Assembly: GCA_041560255.1 (NCBI GenBank) | Contig: JBFFBT010000001.1 | Coordinates: 157-64,156 of the forward strand | Direction: 5' to 3' | From: Myxococcota bacterium | Lineage (GTDB): Bacteria > Myxococcota > B64-G9 | DNA length: 64,000 nt | Shown: positions 19,597 to 28,219 of the stretch, in pieces | How positions within the stretch are numbered: position 1 is the stretch's first letter | Layout of the letters: each line of letters begins with the position of its first letter | Made by a program: the position numbers and the translations under genes | The notes under the pieces: model-generated | Told to the model about the DNA's origin: nothing | The model's input: the letters and a program-made list of their open reading frames with translations, nothing else | Database searches by the model: none

Positions 19597-20589
19597 ATGA
19601 AAGTCGCACTATCATTCATCGCAGTCCTCGGCCTGTTTGCGCTGGCCGTGTTGTTGGTGGAATACGCGGGTGCTCATTGGTTTTTTGGTGTCTTGATCCC
19701 CTACATGGCCATCGTATTGTTTTTGGTTGGTATGGTGCATCGGGTTTTGAGCTGGGCCAAGTCGCCGGTGCCATTTCGAATTCCGACTACTTGCGGCCAG
19801 GAAAAGTCATTGCCTTGGATCAAACAGAATAAACTCGACAATCCTTCCAGCCTGATCGGGGTGATAGGCAGAATGGCATTGGAAGTGTTGTTTTTCCGAT
19901 CTTTGTTTCGCAATACCAAGACGGAGATAAAAGAAGGTCCCCGAGTGGTCCACGGTTCGAACAAGTGGTTGTGGTTGGGTGGATTGGTATTTCACTACAC
20001 TTTTTTGATCATCTTTTTAAGACATCTTAGGTTTTTCACCGAGCCGGTGCCTGGATTTGTAACATTTTTAGAAAGTTTGGACGGCTTTTTCCAAATGGGT
20101 GTACCGGTGTTGTTTTTGACCAGCTTTCTTTTTTTGGCTGCGGTCGGTTATCTGTTTCTCAGACGTGTTCTGTCTCCCCAGCTACGCTACATCACGTTGG
20201 CCAATGACTATTTCCCGTTGTTTTTGCTGTTGGGCATCGGATGCACGGGAGTGTTACTCAGGCACTTTATGAAAACAGATGTTGTCGGCATCAAGGAGCT
20301 CGGCTTGGGGCTCTTGAGCTTCAACCCGGTAGCGCCTGCGGATGTCGACAGCCTATTTTATGGTCACTTGTTTTTGGTTTGTTTGTTGATAGGTTATTTC
20401 CCTTTCGGCAAGCTCGCTCACGCTGCGGGTGTGTTCATGAGCCCTACCCGAAATCTCGCCAACAACAACAGGATGGTTCGCCATGTCAATCCTTGGGATT
20501 ATCCGGTCAAGGTGCACACCTATGAAGAATACGAGGATGATTTCAGAGATAAAATGAAGGCGGCCGGAATCCCGGTGGATAAGGAGTAG
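19597..20589 (+). CDS. dsrM: DsrM (NarI/HdrE-like di-heme b membrane subunit)
   Basis: About 6 TM helices with conserved His. Its position opens the dsrMKJOP block. Confidence 0.8.
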   Translation: MKVALSFIAVLGLFALAVLLVEYAGAHWFFGVLIPYMAIVLFLVGMVHRVLSWAKSPVPFRIPTTCGQEKSLPWIKQNKLDNPSSLIGVIGRMALEVLFFRSLFRNTKTEIKEGPRVVHGSNKWLWLGGLVFHYTFLIIFLRHLRFFTEPVPGFVTFLESLDGFFQMGVPVLFLTSFLFLAAVGYLFLRRVLSPQLRYITLANDYFPLFLLLGIGCTGVLLRHFMKTDVVGIKELGLGLLSFNPVAPADVDSLFYGHLFLVCLLIGYFPFGKLAHAAGVFMSPTRNLANNNRMVRHVNPWDYPVKVHTYEEYEDDFRDKMKAAGIPVDKE

Positions 20590-20591
20590 CC

Positions 20592-22277
20592 ATGACTGAG
20601 GCAAAACCAGATCAGATGGAGTTTTATCAGCACGATCAGATGTCGAAAGTGGATTTTTGTCCTCCCAAGACGGGCTGGATGGATACACCCGCGGATTTCA
20701 GACCCGGCAGTTGGATTTATCCGGGCAAAGCCCGGCATCTCGAGTATCTGGATCTTCCCAACCCAAGAGAATGGTCCCCGACGGATGCAGACTGGAAGCT
20801 GCCTGAAAACTGGAAACAGATCGTTTTGGAAGGCATTCGGGAGAGACTCAGTAAGTTTCGCACCTTTAAGATCTTTATGGATATCTGTGTGCGTTGTGGG
20901 GCGTGCGCCGATAAATGTCATTTCTTCATAGGTGGTGGTGATCCGAAAAACATGCCGGTGCTTCGGGCGGAGCTTTTGCGATCTATTTATCGAAAAGACT
21001 TCACCATGTTGGGCAAGGTTTTCGGCAAGCTCGCGGGTGGAAGAGAGCTGACCTACGATGTCATCAAGGAGTGGTTCTATTATTTCTTTCAGTGCACGGA
21101 GTGCCGCCGTTGCTCGGTGTTTTGCCCTTACGGCATCGATACCGCCGAGATCACCATGATTGGAAGAGAGCTGCTCGGCTTGCTGGGTATCTACGTGAAT
21201 TGGATCATCGAGCCGGTGGCAAACTGCTTCAGAACCGGTAACCACCTCGGCATACAACCCCACGGCCTCAAGGATACTTTGGAGTTTTTTGCCGAAGACA
21301 TCGAGGAATCGACCGGGATCAGCATCGATATACCCATCAACAAAAAGGGTGCCGAAGTATTGTTTGTCACGCCGTCGGGTGATTTCTTGGCGGATCCGGG
21401 TACGTTTACCTGTATGGGGTACATGGCCCTGTTTCATGAAATCGGGTTGGACTACACTTGGAGCACATATGCTTCCGAGGGCGGCAATTTCGGGTTGTTC
21501 ACGTCTCACGAGGTCATCAAAAGGCTCAACGCAAAAATATATGCCGAGGCCAAAAGGTTGGGCGTGAAGTGGATCTTGGGAGGTGAGTGCGGTCACATGT
21601 GGCGCGTATTGCACCAATATATGGATACAGTCAGCGGTCCGGCTGATTTTCTGGAAGTTCCCAAGTCACCCATAACCGGTACGGTGTTCGAAAACGCCAA
21701 GTCGACCAAGATGATACATATCGTCGAGTTTACCGCCGATTTGATCAAACACGGCAAGTTGAAGCTTCGCCCGGAACGCAATGATCACATCAGGGTAACG
21801 TATCATGATTCCTGCAACCCGGCCAGGGCGGCGGGGATTTTGGAAGAGCCGAGGTACATACTCAAAAACGTATGCAACCACTTCTACGAAATGCCAGAAA
21901 ACACCATTCGTGAGCAGACCTTTTGTTGTGGAGGCGGCGCGGGGCTGGGAACCGACGAAAACATGGAAATGCGTCTTCGAGGTGGTCTACCCCGGGGAAA
22001 TGCAGTGAAGTTTGTACAAGACAAGTTCGGGGTCAACCAGTTGGCGGCCATGTGTGCCATCGATCGGGCCACCTTGGTTACCGTGTGTGATTATTGGGCC
22101 CCCGGAGTAGCCGTCACCGGTATTCATGAGTTGGTGGCCAACGCCATGATCATGAAAGGCGAGAAAGAGCGGGAGGTCGACTTCCGCTTGGAGCCGCAAC
22201 CTCATTGGAGCTCCGGAGCGACGCAGGCTGCGGGTGAAAAGAAGAACGGGGCAGCGGAGGACCCTAGCAATGCATGA
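20592..22277 (+). CDS. dsrK: DsrK (HdrD-like catalytic FeS subunit with CCG domains)
   Basis: CVRCGACADKC and CTECRRCSVFCP ferredoxin motifs plus CCG-type Cys motifs (CNPARA..., FCCGGGAG). SD is GGATAAGGAG. Confidence 0.85.
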   Translation: MTEAKPDQMEFYQHDQMSKVDFCPPKTGWMDTPADFRPGSWIYPGKARHLEYLDLPNPREWSPTDADWKLPENWKQIVLEGIRERLSKFRTFKIFMDICVRCGACADKCHFFIGGGDPKNMPVLRAELLRSIYRKDFTMLGKVFGKLAGGRELTYDVIKEWFYYFFQCTECRRCSVFCPYGIDTAEITMIGRELLGLLGIYVNWIIEPVANCFRTGNHLGIQPHGLKDTLEFFAEDIEESTGISIDIPINKKGAEVLFVTPSGDFLADPGTFTCMGYMALFHEIGLDYTWSTYASEGGNFGLFTSHEVIKRLNAKIYAEAKRLGVKWILGGECGHMWRVLHQYMDTVSGPADFLEVPKSPITGTVFENAKSTKMIHIVEFTADLIKHGKLKLRPERNDHIRVTYHDSCNPARAAGILEEPRYILKNVCNHFYEMPENTIREQTFCCGGGAGLGTDENMEMRLRGGLPRGNAVKFVQDKFGVNQLAAMCAIDRATLVTVCDYWAPGVAVTGIHELVANAMIMKGEKEREVDFRLEPQPHWSSGATQAAGEKKNGAAEDPSNA

Positions 22278-22653
22278 TGCTGGCAAAGTGATCCTAGGAC
22301 TGGGCATTTTTCTGGCTTTGGTCACGTTTCCCATTTGGTTTACCGTGGCCACGGGTAACTACGGTTATACTCCCGAGCTTCAAATGCCCGAAGGCTATAC
22401 ACAATGTGTCGAGTCAAAAGAGTACATGACCTCCTGGCACATGGACTTGCTCGATCAATGGCGGGATGAAGTGGTTCGCGAGGGCAAGCGTTACTACGTT
22501 TCGAAAACGTATGGCGATAAGCACGAGATGAGCCTGACCAAAAACTGCATGAAATGTCACAACGACAAGGCGCAATTTTGTGACAAATGCCACAATTATT
22601 TGGGTGTCGAGCCGTATTGTTGGGATTGCCACATCGAGCCCGAAGGGAACTGA
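22270..22653 (+). CDS. dsrJ: DsrJ (periplasmic triheme cytochrome c)
   Basis: Three CxxCH motifs (CMKCH, CDKCH, CWDCH) and an N-terminal TM/signal anchor. Start at ATG 22270 with SD GGAGG. The longer ORF-track start at 22234 overlaps dsrK. Confidence 0.8.
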   Translation: MHDAGKVILGLGIFLALVTFPIWFTVATGNYGYTPELQMPEGYTQCVESKEYMTSWHMDLLDQWRDEVVREGKRYYVSKTYGDKHEMSLTKNCMKCHNDKAQFCDKCHNYLGVEPYCWDCHIEPEGN

Positions 22654-22656
22654 GCC

Positions 22657-23448
22657 ATGGACGACAGCAGAAGAAACTTTCTCAAGGTTGCGGGTTGCTC
22701 ATTGTTGGGGGCTGCCTGGGGTGTGCCTATAGTCCGTGCAGTGAGTAAGAGTTTTACAACCGAGGCGGCGCCCGAAGCATTACGTGCCAAACAATGGGCC
22801 ATGGTGGTGGATTTGAAAAGCTGTGAGCGTGATGACATACGGGCCGCTGCGGCCGAGGCGTGCCACCGTGAGCACAATGTGCCGTCCATCAAAGACGTCG
22901 AAGACGAGGTCAAATGGATCTGGAGTGAGGACTACGCGCATACCTTCCCCACCGAGATGCATACGTATACAGACGTTGCGTTGAGAAAAAAGCCGGTATT
23001 GGTTCTGTGCAATCATTGCGAACGGCCGCCTTGCGTGCGGGTATGTCCAACCCAGGCGACCTGGAGACGAGCGGACGGAATCGTGATGATGGATATGCAT
23101 CGCTGCATTGGATGCCGATATTGCATGGTGGCTTGCCCGTATGGATCCCGCAGCTTCAACTTCAAAGAGCCCTGGAGCACAGAAGAGCGAAAAAAATTGA
23201 GCTCGGATTTTCCAACTCGGTGCAAAGGGGTAGTGGAAAAGTGCAATTTCTGCGCGGAACGGCTGGCTCTTGGAAAACCTCCTGCGTGCGTCGAAGCGGT
23301 CAGACAATTGCCGGACGCCGAAGAAGCTCTCGTTTTCGGCGATTTGGGCGATTCGAGCTCGCAGGTATCCATGTTGCTGCGTACCCGCCACGGCATCCGA
23401 AGAAAACCCAACCTGGGCACCGGTCCCCAGGTGTACTATCTGGTGTGA
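22657..23448 (+). CDS. dsrO: DsrO (periplasmic 4x[4Fe-4S] ferredoxin-like subunit, Tat signal)
   Basis: RRNFLKVAG Tat motif. Multiple CxxCxxCxxxCP motifs (CNHCERPPCVRVCP, CIGCRYCMVACP, CNFCAERL). Confidence 0.85.
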   Translation: MDDSRRNFLKVAGCSLLGAAWGVPIVRAVSKSFTTEAAPEALRAKQWAMVVDLKSCERDDIRAAAAEACHREHNVPSIKDVEDEVKWIWSEDYAHTFPTEMHTYTDVALRKKPVLVLCNHCERPPCVRVCPTQATWRRADGIVMMDMHRCIGCRYCMVACPYGSRSFNFKEPWSTEERKKLSSDFPTRCKGVVEKCNFCAERLALGKPPACVEAVRQLPDAEEALVFGDLGDSSSQVSMLLRTRHGIRRKPNLGTGPQVYYLV

Positions 23449-23455
23449 GGTCATC

Positions 23456-24613
23456 ATGTTGGAGAATGCACTGCGTGGTGGTAAACGATATTGGAGCCTG
23501 CTGGCTCTTTGGTCGGCCCTGATTGTCGTGGGCGTTGTCGCATATTTGGTGCAGTACAATCGCGGGTTGACTGTCACCGGATTGAGCCGGGATGTGCCCT
23601 GGGGTTTTTATATCGCCCAGTTGACATTTCTGGTGGGAGTGGCGGCGTCGGCGGTCATGGTGGTGCTGCCGTATTATCTGCATAACTTCAAAGCCTTCGG
23701 AAAAATGGTCATCTTGGGAGAGTTTTTGGCCATCTCGGCGGTGGTCATGTGCATGTTGTTTGTATTCGTCGATATGGGTCAACCCATGCGGGTGCTCAAT
23801 GTCGTGTTGCATCCAACCCTCAACTCATTGATGTTTTGGGACTTGACGGTGCTTTCCGGTTACCTGCTTCTCAATCTCGTCATAGCTTGGGTGACCTTCG
23901 GCGCCGAGAGAAAATCGATAGCTCCTCCCAAGTGGATCAAGCCTATCATCATATTATCCATTCCTTGGGCGGTAAGCATTCATACCGTGACGGCTTTCTT
24001 GTACTCAGGGTTGGAAGCTCGTCCGTTTTGGATGACCGCCATACTGGCTCCCCGGTTTTTGGCGTCGGCTTTTGCCTCCGGACCCAGCTTGCTCATCATC
24101 CTGGCGCTCATTGTAAGGCGCTACACCAAGTTCGATCCGGGCAAAGAAGCCATTCAGGCCTTGGCCAAGATCGTGACATATGCTATGACGGTGAATATCT
24201 TTTTCGTCATGGTCGAGATGTTTACGGGTTTGTACAGCGATATCCCGGAACACACCCACCATTTTCAGTACCTGTTTTTCGGGCTGCACGGCAAGAACGC
24301 GCTGGTGCCATGGATGTGGACTTCGCAGTTGTTGGCCCTGACGGCAGCCGTTTTGTTGATGTTTCCGGGCGTACGCCGAAATGAAGGTTTCCTGCCGGTG
24401 ATTTGCCTGGCTGTCATTGTCGCCATTTGGATTGAAAAAGGCCTGGGCATGGTCGTCACCGGTTTCATCCCGTCTCCCATGGAGAAAGTCATAGAGTACA
24501 ATCCAACCCTTCTCGAAGGTTTGATTACTGTGGGCGGGTACGGCATCGGATTTTTCATCCTGACCGTGTTGTATAAAATTGCAATATCCATCCGGGAAAA
24601 ACTCGAGCAGTAA
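23456..24613 (+). CDS. dsrP: DsrP (NrfD/PsrC-like integral membrane quinone-interacting subunit)
   Basis: About 10 TM helices. Sits directly after dsrO. The in-frame upstream extension to 23270 lies inside dsrO and is rejected. Confidence 0.8.
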   Translation: MLENALRGGKRYWSLLALWSALIVVGVVAYLVQYNRGLTVTGLSRDVPWGFYIAQLTFLVGVAASAVMVVLPYYLHNFKAFGKMVILGEFLAISAVVMCMLFVFVDMGQPMRVLNVVLHPTLNSLMFWDLTVLSGYLLLNLVIAWVTFGAERKSIAPPKWIKPIIILSIPWAVSIHTVTAFLYSGLEARPFWMTAILAPRFLASAFASGPSLLIILALIVRRYTKFDPGKEAIQALAKIVTYAMTVNIFFVMVEMFTGLYSDIPEHTHHFQYLFFGLHGKNALVPWMWTSQLLALTAAVLLMFPGVRRNEGFLPVICLAVIVAIWIEKGLGMVVTGFIPSPMEKVIEYNPTLLEGLITVGGYGIGFFILTVLYKIAISIREKLEQ

Positions 24614-24662
24614 AAACACCTCCTGTCGGTTTGTACCACACGAAAATTCAGGGAAAGCTATC

Positions 24663-26366
24663 TTGAAAAACGGGGAAAAAAAAGTTGTTATTGTGGGAGC
24701 GTCTGCTGCCGGACTTCGGTGCGCGGCCAGGCTCGTCAGGCTGAACCCCTCTTTCCGGGTAACCGTTGTAGAAAAAAGTGATGTGTATTCTTATGCCGCC
24801 TGCGGTCTTCCGTATGTGTTGTCCGGGGATATCGAAGATATCTTGATGCTACGAAAAAGCAAGGACGGCATGCTGCGAGACAGCGGATACTTCAGCTCGG
24901 TCAAAGGTGTCGAGGTGCTCGCCGGATGGAACGCAACCCGGATCGACAAGCAAAAGAAACAATTGCACATTCAACAACAAACCGATCTTCGCACGCTTGA
25001 CTACGACGGGCTCGTGTTGGCCACCGGAGCGCGGGCCAAACGTCTGCCTGGTTTGCCGGTACATCCGCGGGTTCGTACCTTTCATACGTACGAAGATGTC
25101 CGCCCGTTGACCGAGGATCTGGCCCACGGTCGAATAAAATCAGTAGCCGTCATCGGTGCGGGTCTGGTAGGTCTGGAGCTTACCGAAGCGTTTACGGCCA
25201 TGTGGGGAGCCGAAGTAACCCTGTTGGAGGCCGGCTCGCATCCCTTGCCGTTCAGCGTGGACTGTGAAGTGGGCGGTTTGGTCGGAAAGGTGCTTGCGGA
25301 TCAAGGCGTTGCATGTGTTTTCGATTGCCGGGTCGAGCGTCTCGAGGCTCATGACGGGGGTGTGAGGATCGGTTTACCCACCGGCACGATCGAGGTGGAT
25401 GCCGTGATTGCAGCCTTAGGAGTATCCGCGAATGTGGATTTGGCTGCCGAAGCCGGCATTCGATTGGGCCGAAGCGGTGCGGTTGCGGTGGATTCGGATT
25501 TTCGCACTTCAGAGAACGACATTTGGGCTTGCGGTGATTGCATTGAGCAGGTGCATGCCTTGAGAAAGGATCCGGTTTGTATGCCGCTAGGCTCATTGGC
25601 CAATCGGCAAGGCAGAACCTTGGCCAACCTGCTGTCCGGCAGAAAGGATCGTTTTCCCCCCATCGTGGGTGCGACGGCGGTCAAGATTTTCGATTGGAAT
25701 CTGGCGACAGTTGGAATCAACCGACAGGCGGCCGAGCAAGAAGGCTTACAAACCCGCAGCGCATGGGTGTCTATGCAGGATACTGCCGATTATTGGCCCG
25801 AGGTCAAAAACATATTTATTCAGATGCTTTACTCACCCGAATCCGAAAGGGTGTTGGGAGTGCAGGCAGTGGGTGAAGGCGAGGTCGTAAAGCGCATCGA
25901 CGTGGCTGCTCAATTGTTGGCAAACCAAGCGGTGCTTGAGGATTTTGCCCACATCGAACATGCCTACGCGCCACCCTATGCCCCCGCATTGGAGCCGCTG
26001 GCAGTGGCCGCCATGGCGGCGTTGAACCAGCAAGACGGGGTGGAAGGTTTGTCTCCACTTTGTGACCTGCAAGCGTATGATTTGTTGGATGTCAGGCATG
26101 CATCGGAGGTTGAGAGCATGCCGGTTGGGTCCCAAGCCCCGCCCCTGCACGTGCCCCAACACGAAATCAAAAACCGCATTGCCGAGATTGAAAACGCTCA
26201 TTCTTCGAATGATCGAACCAAACCCTGGATGGTGTTGTGTGCCCGAGGGGCTCGATCGGCCGAAGTTGCGCGTGGACTTGTTGGCAGAGGACTCGAGGCG
26301 TGCTATCTGGGTGGTGGATTGATTTGGCGGCGCTTGGCAAGCAAAGAGTCCGGCGAAGACTCCTAA
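24663..26366 (+). CDS. CoA-disulfide reductase / NAD(P)H persulfide reductase-like flavoprotein fused to C-terminal rhodanese domain
   Basis: Redox-active Cys in SYAACGLPYV, two Rossmann GxGxxG motifs (VVIVGASAAG, VAVIGAGLVG), and a C-terminal rhodanese active-site loop CARGARS. The start is uncertain (TTG 24663 preferred, ATG 24579 overlaps dsrP). Confidence 0.7.
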   Translation: MKNGEKKVVIVGASAAGLRCAARLVRLNPSFRVTVVEKSDVYSYAACGLPYVLSGDIEDILMLRKSKDGMLRDSGYFSSVKGVEVLAGWNATRIDKQKKQLHIQQQTDLRTLDYDGLVLATGARAKRLPGLPVHPRVRTFHTYEDVRPLTEDLAHGRIKSVAVIGAGLVGLELTEAFTAMWGAEVTLLEAGSHPLPFSVDCEVGGLVGKVLADQGVACVFDCRVERLEAHDGGVRIGLPTGTIEVDAVIAALGVSANVDLAAEAGIRLGRSGAVAVDSDFRTSENDIWACGDCIEQVHALRKDPVCMPLGSLANRQGRTLANLLSGRKDRFPPIVGATAVKIFDWNLATVGINRQAAEQEGLQTRSAWVSMQDTADYWPEVKNIFIQMLYSPESERVLGVQAVGEGEVVKRIDVAAQLLANQAVLEDFAHIEHAYAPPYAPALEPLAVAAMAALNQQDGVEGLSPLCDLQAYDLLDVRHASEVESMPVGSQAPPLHVPQHEIKNRIAEIENAHSSNDRTKPWMVLCARGARSAEVARGLVGRGLEACYLGGGLIWRRLASKESGEDS

Positions 26367-26381
26367 AAGACGGGTAAAATC

Positions 26382-28163
26382 ATGTATCCAGTTATGTTGC
26401 AGTTGAAAGGACGCCGCTGCCTGGTGGTGGGTGGAGGAGGCGTCGCGTTGCGTAAGGTGCAAGGGTTGCTCCAAGAAGGCGCGCAAGTGGTGGTGGTATC
26501 GCCGAAGCCGCTCGATACTTTGCTTGCCATGTCGAGTCAGGGTAGGTTGAGGCTCGAACTGCGCACTTATCGTCCCGGCGAGGTGGCGGACTATGTTTTG
26601 GTTTTTGCCGCCACCGACGATCGGGAAGTAAACCAAGCCGTTTATCAAGACGCTGAAGCCCACGGCGTATGGGCCAATGTTGCCGACGATCCTGAGTTGT
26701 GCTCGTTTCATTTGCCTTCGCGGGTGCGCAGGGGCGCTTTGCAGTTGGCTGTCGGCTCAGCCGGGCAGGCTCCGTTCGCCGTAAGAAGAATGCGTCAGAT
26801 GTTGGAACGTAAATTTGGTCCCGAGTGGGCCGAGTGGGCCGATGCGGCCGCCAGGTTTCGAGCTTCGGTCATCAGTGCCGGTCGTCCTCGCGCCGATCAA
26901 GAAGCCATGTACGACGCATTTTTCTCGCAGACCATCGATCCTATGAGTCTCAAGGCGCGTGTGCCCTCGGCGTCTGAAGAAAGAGAGTGGTTGGCTTTGA
27001 CATCCTGTCAATCCGAGTTTGGTGATGATGAGGAAATCTGCCACCAGACCAGCGCATCTCATGACAGTCGGAAAGGATTTGTGTCGTTGGTGGGAGCGGG
27101 TCCGGGAGATCCTGGATTGCTTACGTTGCGGGCTCGACAGAGGTTGATGCGCGCCGATGTGGTGGTGTACGACAATTTGGCTTTGCCGGCGCTGCCGTGT
27201 GATTTGCCGGAAAAAACCGAGCTTCATTGTGTGGGCAAACAGGCCGGTCATCATCCAGTCCCCCAGCACGAAATCAACGCCATGCTGCTTCGGCTTGCAG
27301 ATCAAGGCAAAAGGGTGGTCAGGCTCAAGGGAGGTGACCCGTTTGTGTTCGGTCGGGGAGGCGAAGAAGCCGAGGCTTTGGCCAAGGCGGGTATCGCCTT
27401 TGAAGTGGTGCCGGCGGTGACCGCCGGGGTGGCGGTGCCCAGCTACGCCGGTATCCCCATCACCCACCGGCAGGAAGTGGTCCGAGTGACTTTTGTCACT
27501 GCGCACGAAAGTGAGAAGACCGACGGCCCGCAGGTGCGCTGGGATTTGCTGGGGCAGGATCCCCACGCTACTCTAATAGGCTACATGGGAGTAACCAGCT
27601 TGCCGCAAGTGGTGGAGCGATTGTTGCAGGCCGGCATGGATCCAAATACTCCGGCTGCTATGATTGAAAGGGGCACTACCGCCCACCAACGCTCGGTGAT
27701 ATCCAGTCTGTCCGATCTACCCAATGCGATCAAAAAAGCCGGAATGCGCCCACCGGGACTCTTTGTCATCGGCCCTACCGTCCGGCATGCCGGACGGCTG
27801 GATTGGTATGGCGGCAGACCTCTGGCTGGTCAGCGGCTTGCGATCATGGAGCCGTCCGGAAGCCTGGGCGGGCATCTGGAGGAAAACGGAGCCCAACTGG
27901 TGGAAGTATCCTATCCTTTGAGCCAAGCCGCCCGGGTGGTTATCGGCGCCATGCCTATCACCGGATGCGTGCTTCGGACCGAAAGCGAAGTCGAAGCGCT
28001 CGACGAAGAGCGTATCTCGACGGACTGGGGACCCGATGTCGTGGCATGGTGCCTGAGCAAGGAAGCCGCCGTGCGGGCGCGTGCATTGGGGTGGCCGATC
28101 GTAAAAGAATTTGCTATACTTCCCACACCTGAACAGGTCGTGCTCGCCATGCAATCGGCTTAA
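26382..28163 (+). CDS. multifunctional siroheme synthase (precorrin-2 dehydrogenase/ferrochelatase domain + uroporphyrinogen-III C-methyltransferase + HemD-like C-terminal domain)
   Basis: N-terminal CysG-N/SirC Rossmann (LVVGGGGVALRKVQGLLQEGAQVVVVSP). Central SAM methyltransferase (VGAGPGDPGLLTLRA, GGDPFVFGRGGEE). C-terminal roughly 170 aa is HemD-like. Confidence 0.8.
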   Translation: MYPVMLQLKGRRCLVVGGGGVALRKVQGLLQEGAQVVVVSPKPLDTLLAMSSQGRLRLELRTYRPGEVADYVLVFAATDDREVNQAVYQDAEAHGVWANVADDPELCSFHLPSRVRRGALQLAVGSAGQAPFAVRRMRQMLERKFGPEWAEWADAAARFRASVISAGRPRADQEAMYDAFFSQTIDPMSLKARVPSASEEREWLALTSCQSEFGDDEEICHQTSASHDSRKGFVSLVGAGPGDPGLLTLRARQRLMRADVVVYDNLALPALPCDLPEKTELHCVGKQAGHHPVPQHEINAMLLRLADQGKRVVRLKGGDPFVFGRGGEEAEALAKAGIAFEVVPAVTAGVAVPSYAGIPITHRQEVVRVTFVTAHESEKTDGPQVRWDLLGQDPHATLIGYMGVTSLPQVVERLLQAGMDPNTPAAMIERGTTAHQRSVISSLSDLPNAIKKAGMRPPGLFVIGPTVRHAGRLDWYGGRPLAGQRLAIMEPSGSLGGHLEENGAQLVEVSYPLSQAARVVIGAMPITGCVLRTESEVEALDEERISTDWGPDVVAWCLSKEAAVRARALGWPIVKEFAILPTPEQVVLAMQSA

Positions 28164-28219
28164 TCAAAGCTGGTTGGGGCCGGGCGCCTTTTGGCAAGAA
28201 CATACCAAGGAGTGCAGAC

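Noticed and set aside
22234-22269. Longer dsrJ start (ATG 22234) and longer dsrP start (ATG 23270)
   Set aside because: Both extensions run inside the preceding gene (dsrK, dsrO) and add non-conserved residues. The downstream ATGs have proper SD sequences and give canonical lengths.
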